Of a stretch of DNA of 23,944 nucleotides, positions 1 through 8,621 are shown one piece after another. A program made the translations under genes and the position numbers. Origin of the DNA: Fibrobacterales bacterium (GTDB taxonomy: Bacteria > Fibrobacterota > Fibrobacteria > Fibrobacterales > JAOPTW01). The notes beneath the pieces were generated by a model, which made no database searches, had not been told where the DNA came from, and worked only from the letters and a program-made list of their open reading frames with translations. Positions within the stretch are counted from its first letter, which is position 1. Each line of letters opens with the position of its first letter. The DNA lies in the NCBI GenBank assembly GCA_051532035.1, contig JAOPTW010000060.1:1-23944 (forward strand). The letters are read 5' to 3'.

Positions 1-2
1 AC

Positions 3-284
3 AATGAGTCTGCCGCAAGCCATCTCACACTCTCACTTGACATGGCTATAGCAATTAATGACACAACAGCGGCACGCAAAGCATCGAATAACCTTGGGGT
101 AGTCACCTACTCCATGGGAGATATATCAAAGGCTGAGTCACTCTTTACTAATGAGTGGTCAACCGGATCTCAAACCTCTGAGAAGTACCTTGGTCTGATT
201 GTGAGCCAAAGGTCATATATCAAAAAGCAAAAGAGTTCTCGGTCACACCGTAAGAAAAAGAGGCGTTCTAAAGGGCGGCGATAA
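3..284 (+). CDS. Tetratricopeptide-repeat protein, 3' part (5' truncated by window)
   Basis: The frame of ORF 42..284 is open back to base 3 (NESAASHLTLSLDMAIAIND...). ASNNLGVVTYSMGDISKAESLF fits the TPR pattern. Ends in a Lys/Arg-rich tail. Confidence 0.6.
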   Translation, partial: NESAASHLTLSLDMAIAINDTTAARKASNNLGVVTYSMGDISKAESLFTNEWSTGSQTSEKYLGLIVSQRSYIKKQKSSRSHRKKKRRSKGRR

Positions 285-456
285 GCATCCGCTCAAGGAT
301 AATCATACACCGCACTCTCCCTTAAATGTCAACGACACCAAGTAAAATGTCACCATACAGCCATTAAATAGGGAAACTCTAGCCAAATTGGTACGGCATT
401 TTCCTACCCCGATGTGAAAATTATATATATAAGACATACTTACATCGGGACCACCA

Positions 457-1566
457 ATGAAAAAAGTCATCCTTGTTATTATGAGTACGCTCATTCTCAT
501 GCACTGCACTACAGACGAGACACCAACCAATAGCCAACAATCTGACAGCAGTGCTACCACGAGTAGTTCAGAAGAACAATTGGAGAGCTCTCTTGAAGAT
601 ATAGCTAAAAGTTCGGATGAATCATCTATGGAACTCAGTTCTGAAATACTGTCGTCAAGTAGTTCACTCTCCTCTGAATCGAGCCAGTCCAGCTCTTCAC
701 TTTCTTCAAGCAGTAGCGAATCTTCATCATCTCTCTCATCATCATCCCTAGAATCATCTTCTTCATCACTTGAAGAATCATCAAGCGCTATTCTCTGCGA
801 CAAATACATGGCACCTGGCCAGCACTGGGAAACCATCACTGTCGATGGGACCGATCGAAAAGTACTCTTCTATATTCCTTCTGGATACAACGACACCGCC
901 GGTGTACTTCCTATGACTTTTAGCCTGCACGGCTCAACAGGCACCCCTGATGGCAATCTATCCAATACAGGTATTGAGCCACTCGCCGACAAACATGGGT
1001 ACATAGTCGCCCTTATGAATGGCTGGGACAACCTCTGGAACACGCCACAAGATGATTCTAAGCCCCACGACGTCCATTTCGCTTCTGCTATTATAGACCA
1101 TGCTACAGCTAACTTCTGCCTCGATACGAACCGAGTGTTCTCAACAGGTTTTTCTGGCGGAGCACGCACGTCATCACGGTTTGCCTGTGATATCCCCAAT
1201 AGAATTCGAGCCATTGCTCCAGTTGCAGGCATACGATACGATGAGCCTTGTGAGGAGAGCACCATGCCTATAATCACATTTCACAGCCGTGACGACAATG
1301 TCAATGTCTTCCCAGGAAATGGTGGCGGTGATGCCCGTTGGGGCGAAAGTGTTGAAACAGCCGTTGAAGGCTGGCGTACAGAGAATGGTTGTAGTGATGT
1401 CATGACTACCGACACCTCTATTCCAGACGTAGAAATAAGGTCATGGAATGACTGTGATGGCGAGGCAGAAGTACACTTCTATGTCGTAGAGAGCAAGGGT
1501 CATAATTGGAGCCAAATTGACAATACGACAGAAGTTATTTTAGAGTTCTTTAATAAATATCAGTAA
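457..1566 (+). CDS. Lipoprotein esterase, alpha/beta hydrolase of LpqC/PHB-depolymerase/feruloyl-esterase (CE1-like) type, on a poly-Ser linker
   Basis: GGGA SD. Signal peptide ending LILMH-C. About 85 aa Ser/Glu-rich linker. LHGS oxyanion motif, GFSGG nucleophile elbow, HSRDD (Asp) and GHNW (His). Confidence 0.85.
   Translation: MKKVILVIMSTLILMHCTTDETPTNSQQSDSSATTSSSEEQLESSLEDIAKSSDESSMELSSEILSSSSSLSSESSQSSSSLSSSSSESSSSLSSSSLESSSSSLEESSSAILCDKYMAPGQHWETITVDGTDRKVLFYIPSGYNDTAGVLPMTFSLHGSTGTPDGNLSNTGIEPLADKHGYIVALMNGWDNLWNTPQDDSKPHDVHFASAIIDHATANFCLDTNRVFSTGFSGGARTSSRFACDIPNRIRAIAPVAGIRYDEPCEESTMPIITFHSRDDNVNVFPGNGGGDARWGESVETAVEGWRTENGCSDVMTTDTSIPDVEIRSWNDCDGEAEVHFYVVESKGHNWSQIDNTTEVILEFFNKYQ
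532..786 (+). repeat. Low-complexity poly-Ser/Glu linker coding region
   Basis: Translates as SQQSDSS...SLSSSSSESSSSLSSSSLESSSSSLEESSS with mixed TCN/AGY codons. Confidence 0.85.
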
Positions 1567-1578
1567 GCCACATGCACC

Positions 1579-4410
1579 TTACTGATAGTGTATAATAACG
1601 ACACCCTGTACTGATTGCGACAGGGTGATAGCTCCTTCTACTACTCGACCACTCTGTAGTACACCACCGTACAAGGTATACACCGTAAACTGGTTCGCAC
1701 TTTGGGTTACGGCAACTAACCCATTTTCGTAGTTTGTACTATTCACTATCATACTTGAACCACTGCCAAGTAATGCGCCCCGACTATACAACCCCGTAAC
1801 CTCAGAAGAAACACCCTCGTAACTACTGTCGTCCACTCCATCTTCTGAAGAGAGAAGAGTCATACTACTTGAGACACCTTCACTACTACTCGACACATTG
1901 AGCTCAACAGAGCTACTGACACTTTCAGCACTACTCAAAACCGTTGGAATAGTATCACGAGAATCAACAACAGGCCCCGTTTTATGGATAAGCTCTATTG
2001 CCGCACCACCACACGCCTTAAGATCATAGGAGATAATACTCTCAGAGGTAATCATCTCTGTTTTTGTCGTAATATCAATACTGTGAGGTTTTGATTCATA
2101 ATCTGTGTCGGCAGCATCTACATAGATAGTCATCTCGTACTCGGCACCAGGCACCAAAAAGTCAGCACTATACGAGACAGCGCGTGAGTTCTCATCGGTG
2201 ATAGAACCAATATACCAGTTGTTACCATTTTTCCGCGTAACCGTTACATGATCACCAATTTCACTCTCAATTACTTTAGTTTTTGTCCAGTTGAGTGGTA
2301 CATTTCTGATAAACTGAAATGCAGGGTTTCCTACATAATTTCTTGGCAAATCTGCCGCCATCTGAAGGGGGCTATAAAACACCACATACATAGCGAGTTG
2401 TTTTGCAATAGTACTATTTGCTTGGCCACCCCCAAAGTTATCAAGGTTAAAAATGCCAGGAGTAAAATCAACAGGCCCCGATAGAATTCTGGTAAAAGGA
2501 ATCACCACTGCATGATCTGGAGGATTAATTGGTACCCCCCACGCATTATACTCATTACCACGCACGCCTTCACGCGCAATAAAGTTTGGCCACGTTCTGT
2601 CTATACCTGTACCTTTAATAGGCTCATGGGCATTGATCATAATGTTTCTTTTTGCGGCCTCTTCTACTACACGTTGATAGTGCCGTACAATTAATTGCCC
2701 ATGCTTATTTTCACCATTCGGACTTGCCAGTGCTTCTTCGCCAACATACCCTGTTTTTATTGCAGGCACCCCTTTGGATTCATAAAAATCTAATGCAGCT
2801 TCGAGCTGATCATCATAGGCGTATTGACCCCCGATAATATTAGCGCCCGTTTCGTGGTGACCAATAAGAAAGACCCCTTTACTCGCTGCATATTCCGTAA
2901 CTGCATCAATATCAAAATCATCATAGGGTTGAGTAAAATCCATTTCGCTCCACCCCGGCGAACTCCACCCTAGGTTCCACCCTTCAATGAGGACACCATC
3001 CATACCAAAGTCTGCGGCATAATCAATATAGGTTTTGGCATTCTCGGTCGTCGCTCCATGAATGGACCCTTGTTCCCAACTAAACTCGCCCATATGCATA
3101 CCCCACCAGATACCAATATATTTAGTTGGTTTAATCCAACTGGTATCCTCAATCTCATTGGGGTCGTTCAAATTTTGAATCATATGCGACTCCATGAGGG
3201 CTCCTGATCTCTCGGCAAGCATTATGGTTCTCCAAGGAGACTGATGGGGTGCGGTTACTTTTACTTTTGTTCCATCGGCCCAAGGGACGAGTTCTGATTT
3301 AAAACTCAATGGTCCTCCGGTAGGCATGAAAGTCATACCCGCATAGTCAGTAAGGTCAGCTTCATGAATGCTATAATAAATGCCATCTGTTGATTTCATC
3401 GTTAGAGGAGTATTAGCCCCTTGTACCTCAGAAAGTTTTGTGTCGAAATAGATATCTTCATAACTAAACCACTGATCTTGTATCCACCACGTTCGAGAAT
3501 CATCCGCAAAAATAAAGTAGGTCTCTTCACTCATGATATCAAAAGAACCCATACTTTCGGGAAAGACATATTTAAAAGCAACACCATCATTATATGCTCG
3601 AAAAACCAAAGATAGTTCACGCCCCGAATCCACATCCTCTTTGAGGTCTATAGTCAGTTCATTGCCATGATTATGCACCAATGAGTCATATCCCCACACC
3701 GGTTCCCACACTTCGTCAATAACGGCATTTGCACTCTTTACTAAGTCAAAACTCAGCAAAGGAGCACTCTCTTTTACATAAAAACCAAGACCCGACCGGT
3801 TAACAATGGGAGTATTGTTATACGCAACCGAATAAAAAAGAGAACCATTAATCAACTCAAAGGTAATTGCAGCCGTGCCATCAGGCGAGTAAACTGTTTC
3901 AGAAAAGGGAGTTATACTGGTTGCACCGGCAACATGAGCAATATCCCACAATTGAGAAGTACCGCCTCCATCACTCCACTGTTGAATATTACCACCATCT
4001 GCGACGGACTCAGACTCTACAGATAGTGCTTTTCCTGATTTTTTATTAATAATACGAAACGCCCCTGCCGCCTCTTCAACACTCCATAACTGTCCGGGGA
4101 CTCCACTAAAGTGCCATTGCTGTACATTGGCACCATCATCATTAGACTGATTATCAACATCGAGTACTTTACCCGTTAGCCGATTCTCTATGGCATAATA
4201 CCCACTCTCAACCTCGACAAACTTCCACTCCTGATCTTGAGCGGCATAGTCGTATTGTACGATATTCGTTCCATTTGCTGGATTACCATCTTTTGGACTA
4301 AAGACTTTGTCACTGTTTTTATTTGTGAGTGTTACATACCCTGTTGGTAGTGCTGCAAATGTTGATACAACAGAACAGATCAATACTAGATGTACTATTT
4401 TCATTTTCAT
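1579..4410 (-). CDS. Secreted GH97 glycoside hydrolase (SusB-like alpha-glucosidase type) with N-terminal ricin-B/CBM13 domain, Ser-rich linker and C-terminal module
   Basis: Signal peptide MKMKIVHLVLICSVVSTFA (start 4410 or 4404 rather than 4431). Three QxW repeats (QEW, QLW, QLW). GH97 motifs YIGIWWGMH, HGATTENAKTYID, LIEGWNLGW, GHHET, AHEP, REGVRGNEY, GPVDFTPG, SPLQMAAD. Confidence 0.92.
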   Translation of the reverse strand: MKMKIVHLVLICSVVSTFAALPTGYVTLTNKNSDKVFSPKDGNPANGTNIVQYDYAAQDQEWKFVEVESGYYAIENRLTGKVLDVDNQSNDDGANVQQWHFSGVPGQLWSVEEAAGAFRIINKKSGKALSVESESVADGGNIQQWSDGGGTSQLWDIAHVAGATSITPFSETVYSPDGTAAITFELINGSLFYSVAYNNTPIVNRSGLGFYVKESAPLLSFDLVKSANAVIDEVWEPVWGYDSLVHNHGNELTIDLKEDVDSGRELSLVFRAYNDGVAFKYVFPESMGSFDIMSEETYFIFADDSRTWWIQDQWFSYEDIYFDTKLSEVQGANTPLTMKSTDGIYYSIHEADLTDYAGMTFMPTGGPLSFKSELVPWADGTKVKVTAPHQSPWRTIMLAERSGALMESHMIQNLNDPNEIEDTSWIKPTKYIGIWWGMHMGEFSWEQGSIHGATTENAKTYIDYAADFGMDGVLIEGWNLGWSSPGWSEMDFTQPYDDFDIDAVTEYAASKGVFLIGHHETGANIIGGQYAYDDQLEAALDFYESKGVPAIKTGYVGEEALASPNGENKHGQLIVRHYQRVVEEAAKRNIMINAHEPIKGTGIDRTWPNFIAREGVRGNEYNAWGVPINPPDHAVVIPFTRILSGPVDFTPGIFNLDNFGGGQANSTIAKQLAMYVVFYSPLQMAADLPRNYVGNPAFQFIRNVPLNWTKTKVIESEIGDHVTVTRKNGNNWYIGSITDENSRAVSYSADFLVPGAEYEMTIYVDAADTDYESKPHSIDITTKTEMITSESIISYDLKACGGAAIELIHKTGPVVDSRDTIPTVLSSAESVSSSVELNVSSSSEGVSSSMTLLSSEDGVDDSSYEGVSSEVTGLYSRGALLGSGSSMIVNSTNYENGLVAVTQSANQFTVYTLYGGVLQSGRVVEGAITLSQSVQGVVIIHYQ

Positions 4411-4595
4411 CCCAATTTCTATAAAAATCATGTAATATACAATAACAGCCCAATGACCTTCTCGTACAATATCCCCAATATATTTAATATATAATCACAT
4501 CCCCATTCCGTGACCTCTTTTTCACACCAGCCTCCATATCTGTTGAATTTTGGTGACGAGCCCACTACTGAGACACGAGACACCTTTTAAACTAA

Positions 4596-6623
4596 TTACA
4601 AGTCGCCAATGGTGAGGCACGGCATATTGATTGAAATACGGGCCACAGACCCTGTCGGCATTCTTTCGGCAATAAAGAAATCCAAGGTAGTCGAATCCCC
4701 CGTCTGAAGCCCTAATTTATCAGCTTCTTCGAGCAGATTAAACGAGCCTGAAACCGGAGTATGGATACCACCAAGGTCGAGCACTAAATACCCATCCAGA
4801 AAGACAAATACATCATCATCACCGGTAAACATGAAAGATTGATTTTCTGCTCCTTCTCGTATATAGAGAAACTTGCGATGAATATGCCCCGTAAAGCCAT
4901 AGTTACCAACCCCCAGAGGAAAGTACTCTAGATTATCATACACATACACATTATTACCCGCATGAGAAAACGTCAGTTGTTTTGTGGATTTTATCCCACC
5001 ACCACTAGTATTCCACCAATTTTCAACCGACTGATTATAGTCAACGTTTGCTTTATAGAGTGGGAGGCCATTCCTGCCTAAGTGCTGTTGCACCATACCC
5101 GTGATAGCACTCGTGTTACCTCTCTCATAACATCCAAAGTCCTTATGCTGCCCACACCCATCAACAAAATCATAGAGCTTAATCTTAAAATCGACGGTCG
5201 ATGCCGGCGTATACCCTTCGGTCAAGCAAGAGTAATCAACGATATTACACTGCATAAAATGCTTGCAATGGTCATCGTCACAGTCAACCGCACTATCTCC
5301 ATCATTGTCGACCCCATCCTGACAAAGCTCTAAGGTGTTTTCTGCGGCTTCTTGGCAGGCTAACGTCCCACTACAATCAACATCATCACAATCTACCAAT
5401 CCATCATCATCATCATCGATACCATTCATGCAAAAAAGCATTGTCGCCTCTCCTACACATGCTAAAGTAGTACTGCAATCAGGGTCATCACAATCTATCA
5501 ATAAGTCTCCATCATCATCAGCACCATTGGTACAGAGCTGTTGGGTTCCTTCCCCAAGACACGCTGCGGTGAGCTCACAACCAGAATCATCACAATCGAT
5601 ATCAGTATCGGCATCGTTATCAATACCATCGCTACATGCTGCACTTGTGTTTTCTTGACATGCTCCAAACGGCGCACACTTAGAGTCATGACAATCATAT
5701 TCGCCATTCGCATCATTATCGATACCATCACTACACAGTGCAAGAGTATTCTCTGTAAGGGTCAAACACGCCTGAGTCAAGTGACAATCAGTATCAGCGC
5801 AATCCACCAACCCATCACTATCATTATCACTCCCATCGGTGCATTGTGAGTAAGAGTCTTCAAAGGTTGGTGCACAGGCAGCAATACCTCCACAGTTATC
5901 ATCCTCACAATCTACGTCACCATCACTATCATTATCAACACCGTCACTACAAAGTGTTACGGTATTTTCAAAAAACTCAGGTGCAGTACATACCTGAAAA
6001 TATTGACATTCAATATCATCACAATCAATATCACCATCGTTATCGTCGTCTAAACCATTACTGCACAGCTTATAGCTATTCTCTGTTGGTTCAGGGCAAA
6101 AGTATGAGCACTCATCATCATTACAATCTACCAAACCATCCTGATCATTATCAACAAAATCAGTACAATACACGAGGGTATTCTCCGAAGGAATAACACA
6201 AAAGAACGCACAGTCGGGATCGTCACAATCTACTGCACCATCACTATCATTATCTAGATCATCCGTACACAGAGCAAAAGTATTTTCTACGGGCTCACCA
6301 CACGATTCAAATCCCAGACAATCTGCATCTTGACAATCGATCATCAAATCAAAATCATTATCAATGCCATCATCACACAAAAATTCTGGAAGGCAATTTA
6401 CGATAGTAGCGCAATCGGGGTCGGCACAATCTATTAATCCATCATCATCATTATCTTTTTTGTCTTGGCAATTTTGCGGCGTCGCTTCAAAAGATTCTAA
6501 TGCAACCAACTCGGTATCAACATCTCTATTCATTTCAAAGTAATCATCACTATTTGATATACACGAAACTGTACTCACTATACTTACAGCATACAAAGCA
6601 ATAATAAGCAATCGAACAATCAT
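4596..6623 (-). CDS. Fibro-slime (PA14-like) domain lipoprotein with 12 tandem Cys/Asp-rich repeats
   Basis: Start moved to ATG 6623 (MIVRLL..., GGGG upstream). Lipobox-like STVS-C. C-terminal motifs FTGDDDVFVFLDGYLVLDLGGIH and FFIAER match the fibro-slime signature. Confidence 0.88.
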   Translation of the reverse strand: MIVRLLIIALYAVSIVSTVSCISNSDDYFEMNRDVDTELVALESFEATPQNCQDKKDNDDDGLIDCADPDCATIVNCLPEFLCDDGIDNDFDLMIDCQDADCLGFESCGEPVENTFALCTDDLDNDSDGAVDCDDPDCAFFCVIPSENTLVYCTDFVDNDQDGLVDCNDDECSYFCPEPTENSYKLCSNGLDDDNDGDIDCDDIECQYFQVCTAPEFFENTVTLCSDGVDNDSDGDVDCEDDNCGGIAACAPTFEDSYSQCTDGSDNDSDGLVDCADTDCHLTQACLTLTENTLALCSDGIDNDANGEYDCHDSKCAPFGACQENTSAACSDGIDNDADTDIDCDDSGCELTAACLGEGTQQLCTNGADDDGDLLIDCDDPDCSTTLACVGEATMLFCMNGIDDDDDGLVDCDDVDCSGTLACQEAAENTLELCQDGVDNDGDSAVDCDDDHCKHFMQCNIVDYSCLTEGYTPASTVDFKIKLYDFVDGCGQHKDFGCYERGNTSAITGMVQQHLGRNGLPLYKANVDYNQSVENWWNTSGGGIKSTKQLTFSHAGNNVYVYDNLEYFPLGVGNYGFTGHIHRKFLYIREGAENQSFMFTGDDDVFVFLDGYLVLDLGGIHTPVSGSFNLLEEADKLGLQTGDSTTLDFFIAERMPTGSVARISINMPCLTIGDL
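5247..6480 (-). repeat. 12 tandem protein repeats of about 31-36 aa, consensus E-N-T-x3-C-x-D-G-x-D-N-D-x-D-G-x-V-D-C-x-D-x-D-C-x(3-5)-C
   Basis: Counted by eye from NCQDKKDNDDDGLIDCADPDC to LCQDGVDNDGDSAVDCDDDHC. Each has four Cys. The DNA is diverged between copies. Confidence 0.9.
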
Positions 6624-6817
6624 AACGCCCCACAGTGAGATACACAAATACTGTATCAGGTGTCAGTTCTCACTCTACACCTACAAATACCAACACACTA
6701 TTCGTGCTACCCTTATACTAGTATCTCTTATGAGTATACCTCAGGCACTATGGAAATACCATTTAAATAAGGAACGTCTTGAGTACTTTTAGATTTTTAA
6801 CAATATGATGAAATACT

Positions 6818-6858
6818 AAAAAATTGCGCTACTCCTCTGCCATGATAGGCAAAAGAGC
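6818..6858 (-). terminator. Possible intrinsic terminator after the LamG-like lipoprotein gene
   Basis: Minus strand GCTCTTTTGCC-TATCAT-GGCAGAGGAGT gives an 11-bp stem with G:U pairs. A T6 tract follows 7 nt later, which is atypically distant. Confidence 0.35.
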
Positions 6859-6871
6859 ATGATATCAATAA

Positions 6872-8320
6872 TTACTGCACTACACTCAAAAAGTTGATAT
6901 CATCTCCACTGAGAATCTCATTGAATATTCTGAGGTCACCAATATAGCCCACATGATATCCTTGATTATTTCCCTCGATTATATCGTAGGCTCCAGAGAC
7001 CGTGACCGATGCACTCTTTTGAATGGGCCCAAACCCAACAATACTCTGAGACTGCGTACCACCTCCCCCCGGCATCCAGCCAAGGTCGGAACCATTCAAA
7101 TACGCTTTGAGCACTCCCTCACCACGATCAACTATTCCCACCACCGAGACTATAGTATTTTTTAAATCTTCTGAAAGCTCAATAGTAAGAGCAGCCTTTT
7201 CACTATCATCATTAGAACTATTCACTCGCCAATTGAGTACTCCGTTTTCGAGGAAACAACTCCACCCCTCTTGATAGCTATAGGTGTTCCCCTTGAGCAC
7301 AAGGTAGTGGGTACTCGAATCGACATAACTAAAATTAAACGATACAGAAAAATTACCCAAGCCAGGATCAAGAAGATCCGTAGTACTTCCTAAATCGAGA
7401 AGACTCTCTCCTGAAAAGACAGTACCGAGTTCATTGTAATACAAGGGACTCACACTGAGTGTATATTCTGAACTACTGACTATTACTCCTGCACTACTCA
7501 AAGCTACAGCACTCGAACTACTGAGAGCCCCTGCCCCCGATTCCTCAGAAACGTCACTACTTACGGTATCTCCTTGAGCTGAAGAATCAACACCTTCGCT
7601 ACTCGAAGAGAGTGCCACAACTGAGCTCACACTCGTTTGATGCGCTGAACTCTGATCAAAACTACTCTCTTCATCTTTTGGTATCACACGATAGACCCCA
7701 AGGGTATCAATAGTCAGGTGATCCCCAGCAAGAGCACTCAATTGGGCATAATCATACGCCAAGAGGGTTGTAGCACTTGTAATGACCCGCAAGGTATGAT
7801 TACCAGCGGGTAAGTAGCCGGAGTATTTGCCGAGCGAATCAGCGGGGAGTAATCGATCGAGCCCATAGACCTGTACCCAGTACGTTGTCCCTAACGGAGC
7901 TGTAGCATAGCGTTTTATAGCCCCCTCAATCATAACTGGTTGTGCAAGGTACTCATTCACTGCAATAAAAATAGAATCATCCGGTACCATTATATCACTC
8001 ATTCTTTGAGTTGTATCCGCGCCCAAAACCTCTAGAATATAATCACCCGGCTCGATAGAATCTAGGGAAAAATATCCTACTTGGTTCGTTTGGGTTGTAT
8101 AGCTTTTATAGCGAGTATCACCACTAATGGGGGCTAAATAGTCTTTGGGTCTGAGAGATACTTTAGCCGCCACAGCAACAGAAGAGTCACTATTACGCAT
8201 CACCCCTGCAACACCATTGGTTGTCTCAATATAAGTCCCTGCAGTATCGCCATCTGTAGAAACGCCACACCCAATAGTTATTAATGCAAACGCAAATGCA
8301 ATGATTTGTAACACTCTCAT
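6872..8320 (-). CDS. Lipoprotein with carboxypeptidase-regulatory-like (transthyretin-fold) domain, Ser-rich linker and C-terminal LamG/concanavalin-like domain
   Basis: Strong SD GAGGTGAT before ATG 8320. Lipobox ITIG-C. TQTNQVGYFSLDSIEPGDYILEV marks the prealbumin-like fold. FSVSFNF...LKAYLNG...GYIGDLRIFNEILSGDDI marks LamG. Confidence 0.75.
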   Translation of the reverse strand: MRVLQIIAFAFALITIGCGVSTDGDTAGTYIETTNGVAGVMRNSDSSVAVAAKVSLRPKDYLAPISGDTRYKSYTTQTNQVGYFSLDSIEPGDYILEVLGADTTQRMSDIMVPDDSIFIAVNEYLAQPVMIEGAIKRYATAPLGTTYWVQVYGLDRLLPADSLGKYSGYLPAGNHTLRVITSATTLLAYDYAQLSALAGDHLTIDTLGVYRVIPKDEESSFDQSSAHQTSVSSVVALSSSSEGVDSSAQGDTVSSDVSEESGAGALSSSSAVALSSAGVIVSSSEYTLSVSPLYYNELGTVFSGESLLDLGSTTDLLDPGLGNFSVSFNFSYVDSSTHYLVLKGNTYSYQEGWSCFLENGVLNWRVNSSNDDSEKAALTIELSEDLKNTIVSVVGIVDRGEGVLKAYLNGSDLGWMPGGGGTQSQSIVGFGPIQKSASVTVSGAYDIIEGNNQGYHVGYIGDLRIFNEILSGDDINFLSVVQ

Positions 8321-8404
8321 ATCACCTCGTTTTACCCTTTTGACTGAAGGCAGAGATTCCATTCTACTCACACCCTGAAGTACCTACTGACATCCACTCT
8401 CTCT

Positions 8405-8410
8405 ATTATA
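8405..8410 (-). promoter_or_regulatory. Candidate -10 box for the 6872..8320 gene
   Basis: Perfect TATAAT on the minus strand about 85 nt upstream of the start. No recognisable -35. Confidence 0.3.
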
Positions 8411-8621
8411 CCCTATAACAATACAATTGGGATACTAATGTTGTGACATTTGAAGAATATGAGGGCACTAGGAGCCATACCCACTGCGAATGCGTCCAAA
8501 ATATTGACTCATTACAACCCATAATGGGGTATCTCTCCCCAAAAAATAACATGCAAAAGTGAGAATATTTTGGTATCATAGAGCGATATTCACAACTAGT
8601 ATATGAGCACAAGGAAAAAGC

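Noticed and set aside
388..404. Sigma-54-like TTGGTACG-N4-TTTC
   Set aside because: The -12 element lacks the required GC, and the -24 is also imperfect.
303..839. 178-aa Asp/Glu/Leu-rich minus-strand ORF
   Set aside because: Antisense shadow of the poly-Ser linker of the esterase gene.
5082..6196. Several overlapping ORFs with Ser/Ile/His-rich translations; CRISPR or DGR-like repeat array considered
   Set aside because: They are alternate-frame shadows of the Cys/Asp repeats. Repeats are conserved at protein not DNA level, with no identical repeats, spacers, cas or reverse transcriptase gene.
8330..8400. Fluoride-riboswitch-like AGAATGGAATCTCT in the leader of the LamG-like gene
   Set aside because: The downstream conserved pseudoknot segment is absent and the gene context is unrelated.
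8406..8612. 68-aa ORF in the divergent intergenic region
   Set aside because: No SD or motif, and it overlaps probable promoters.
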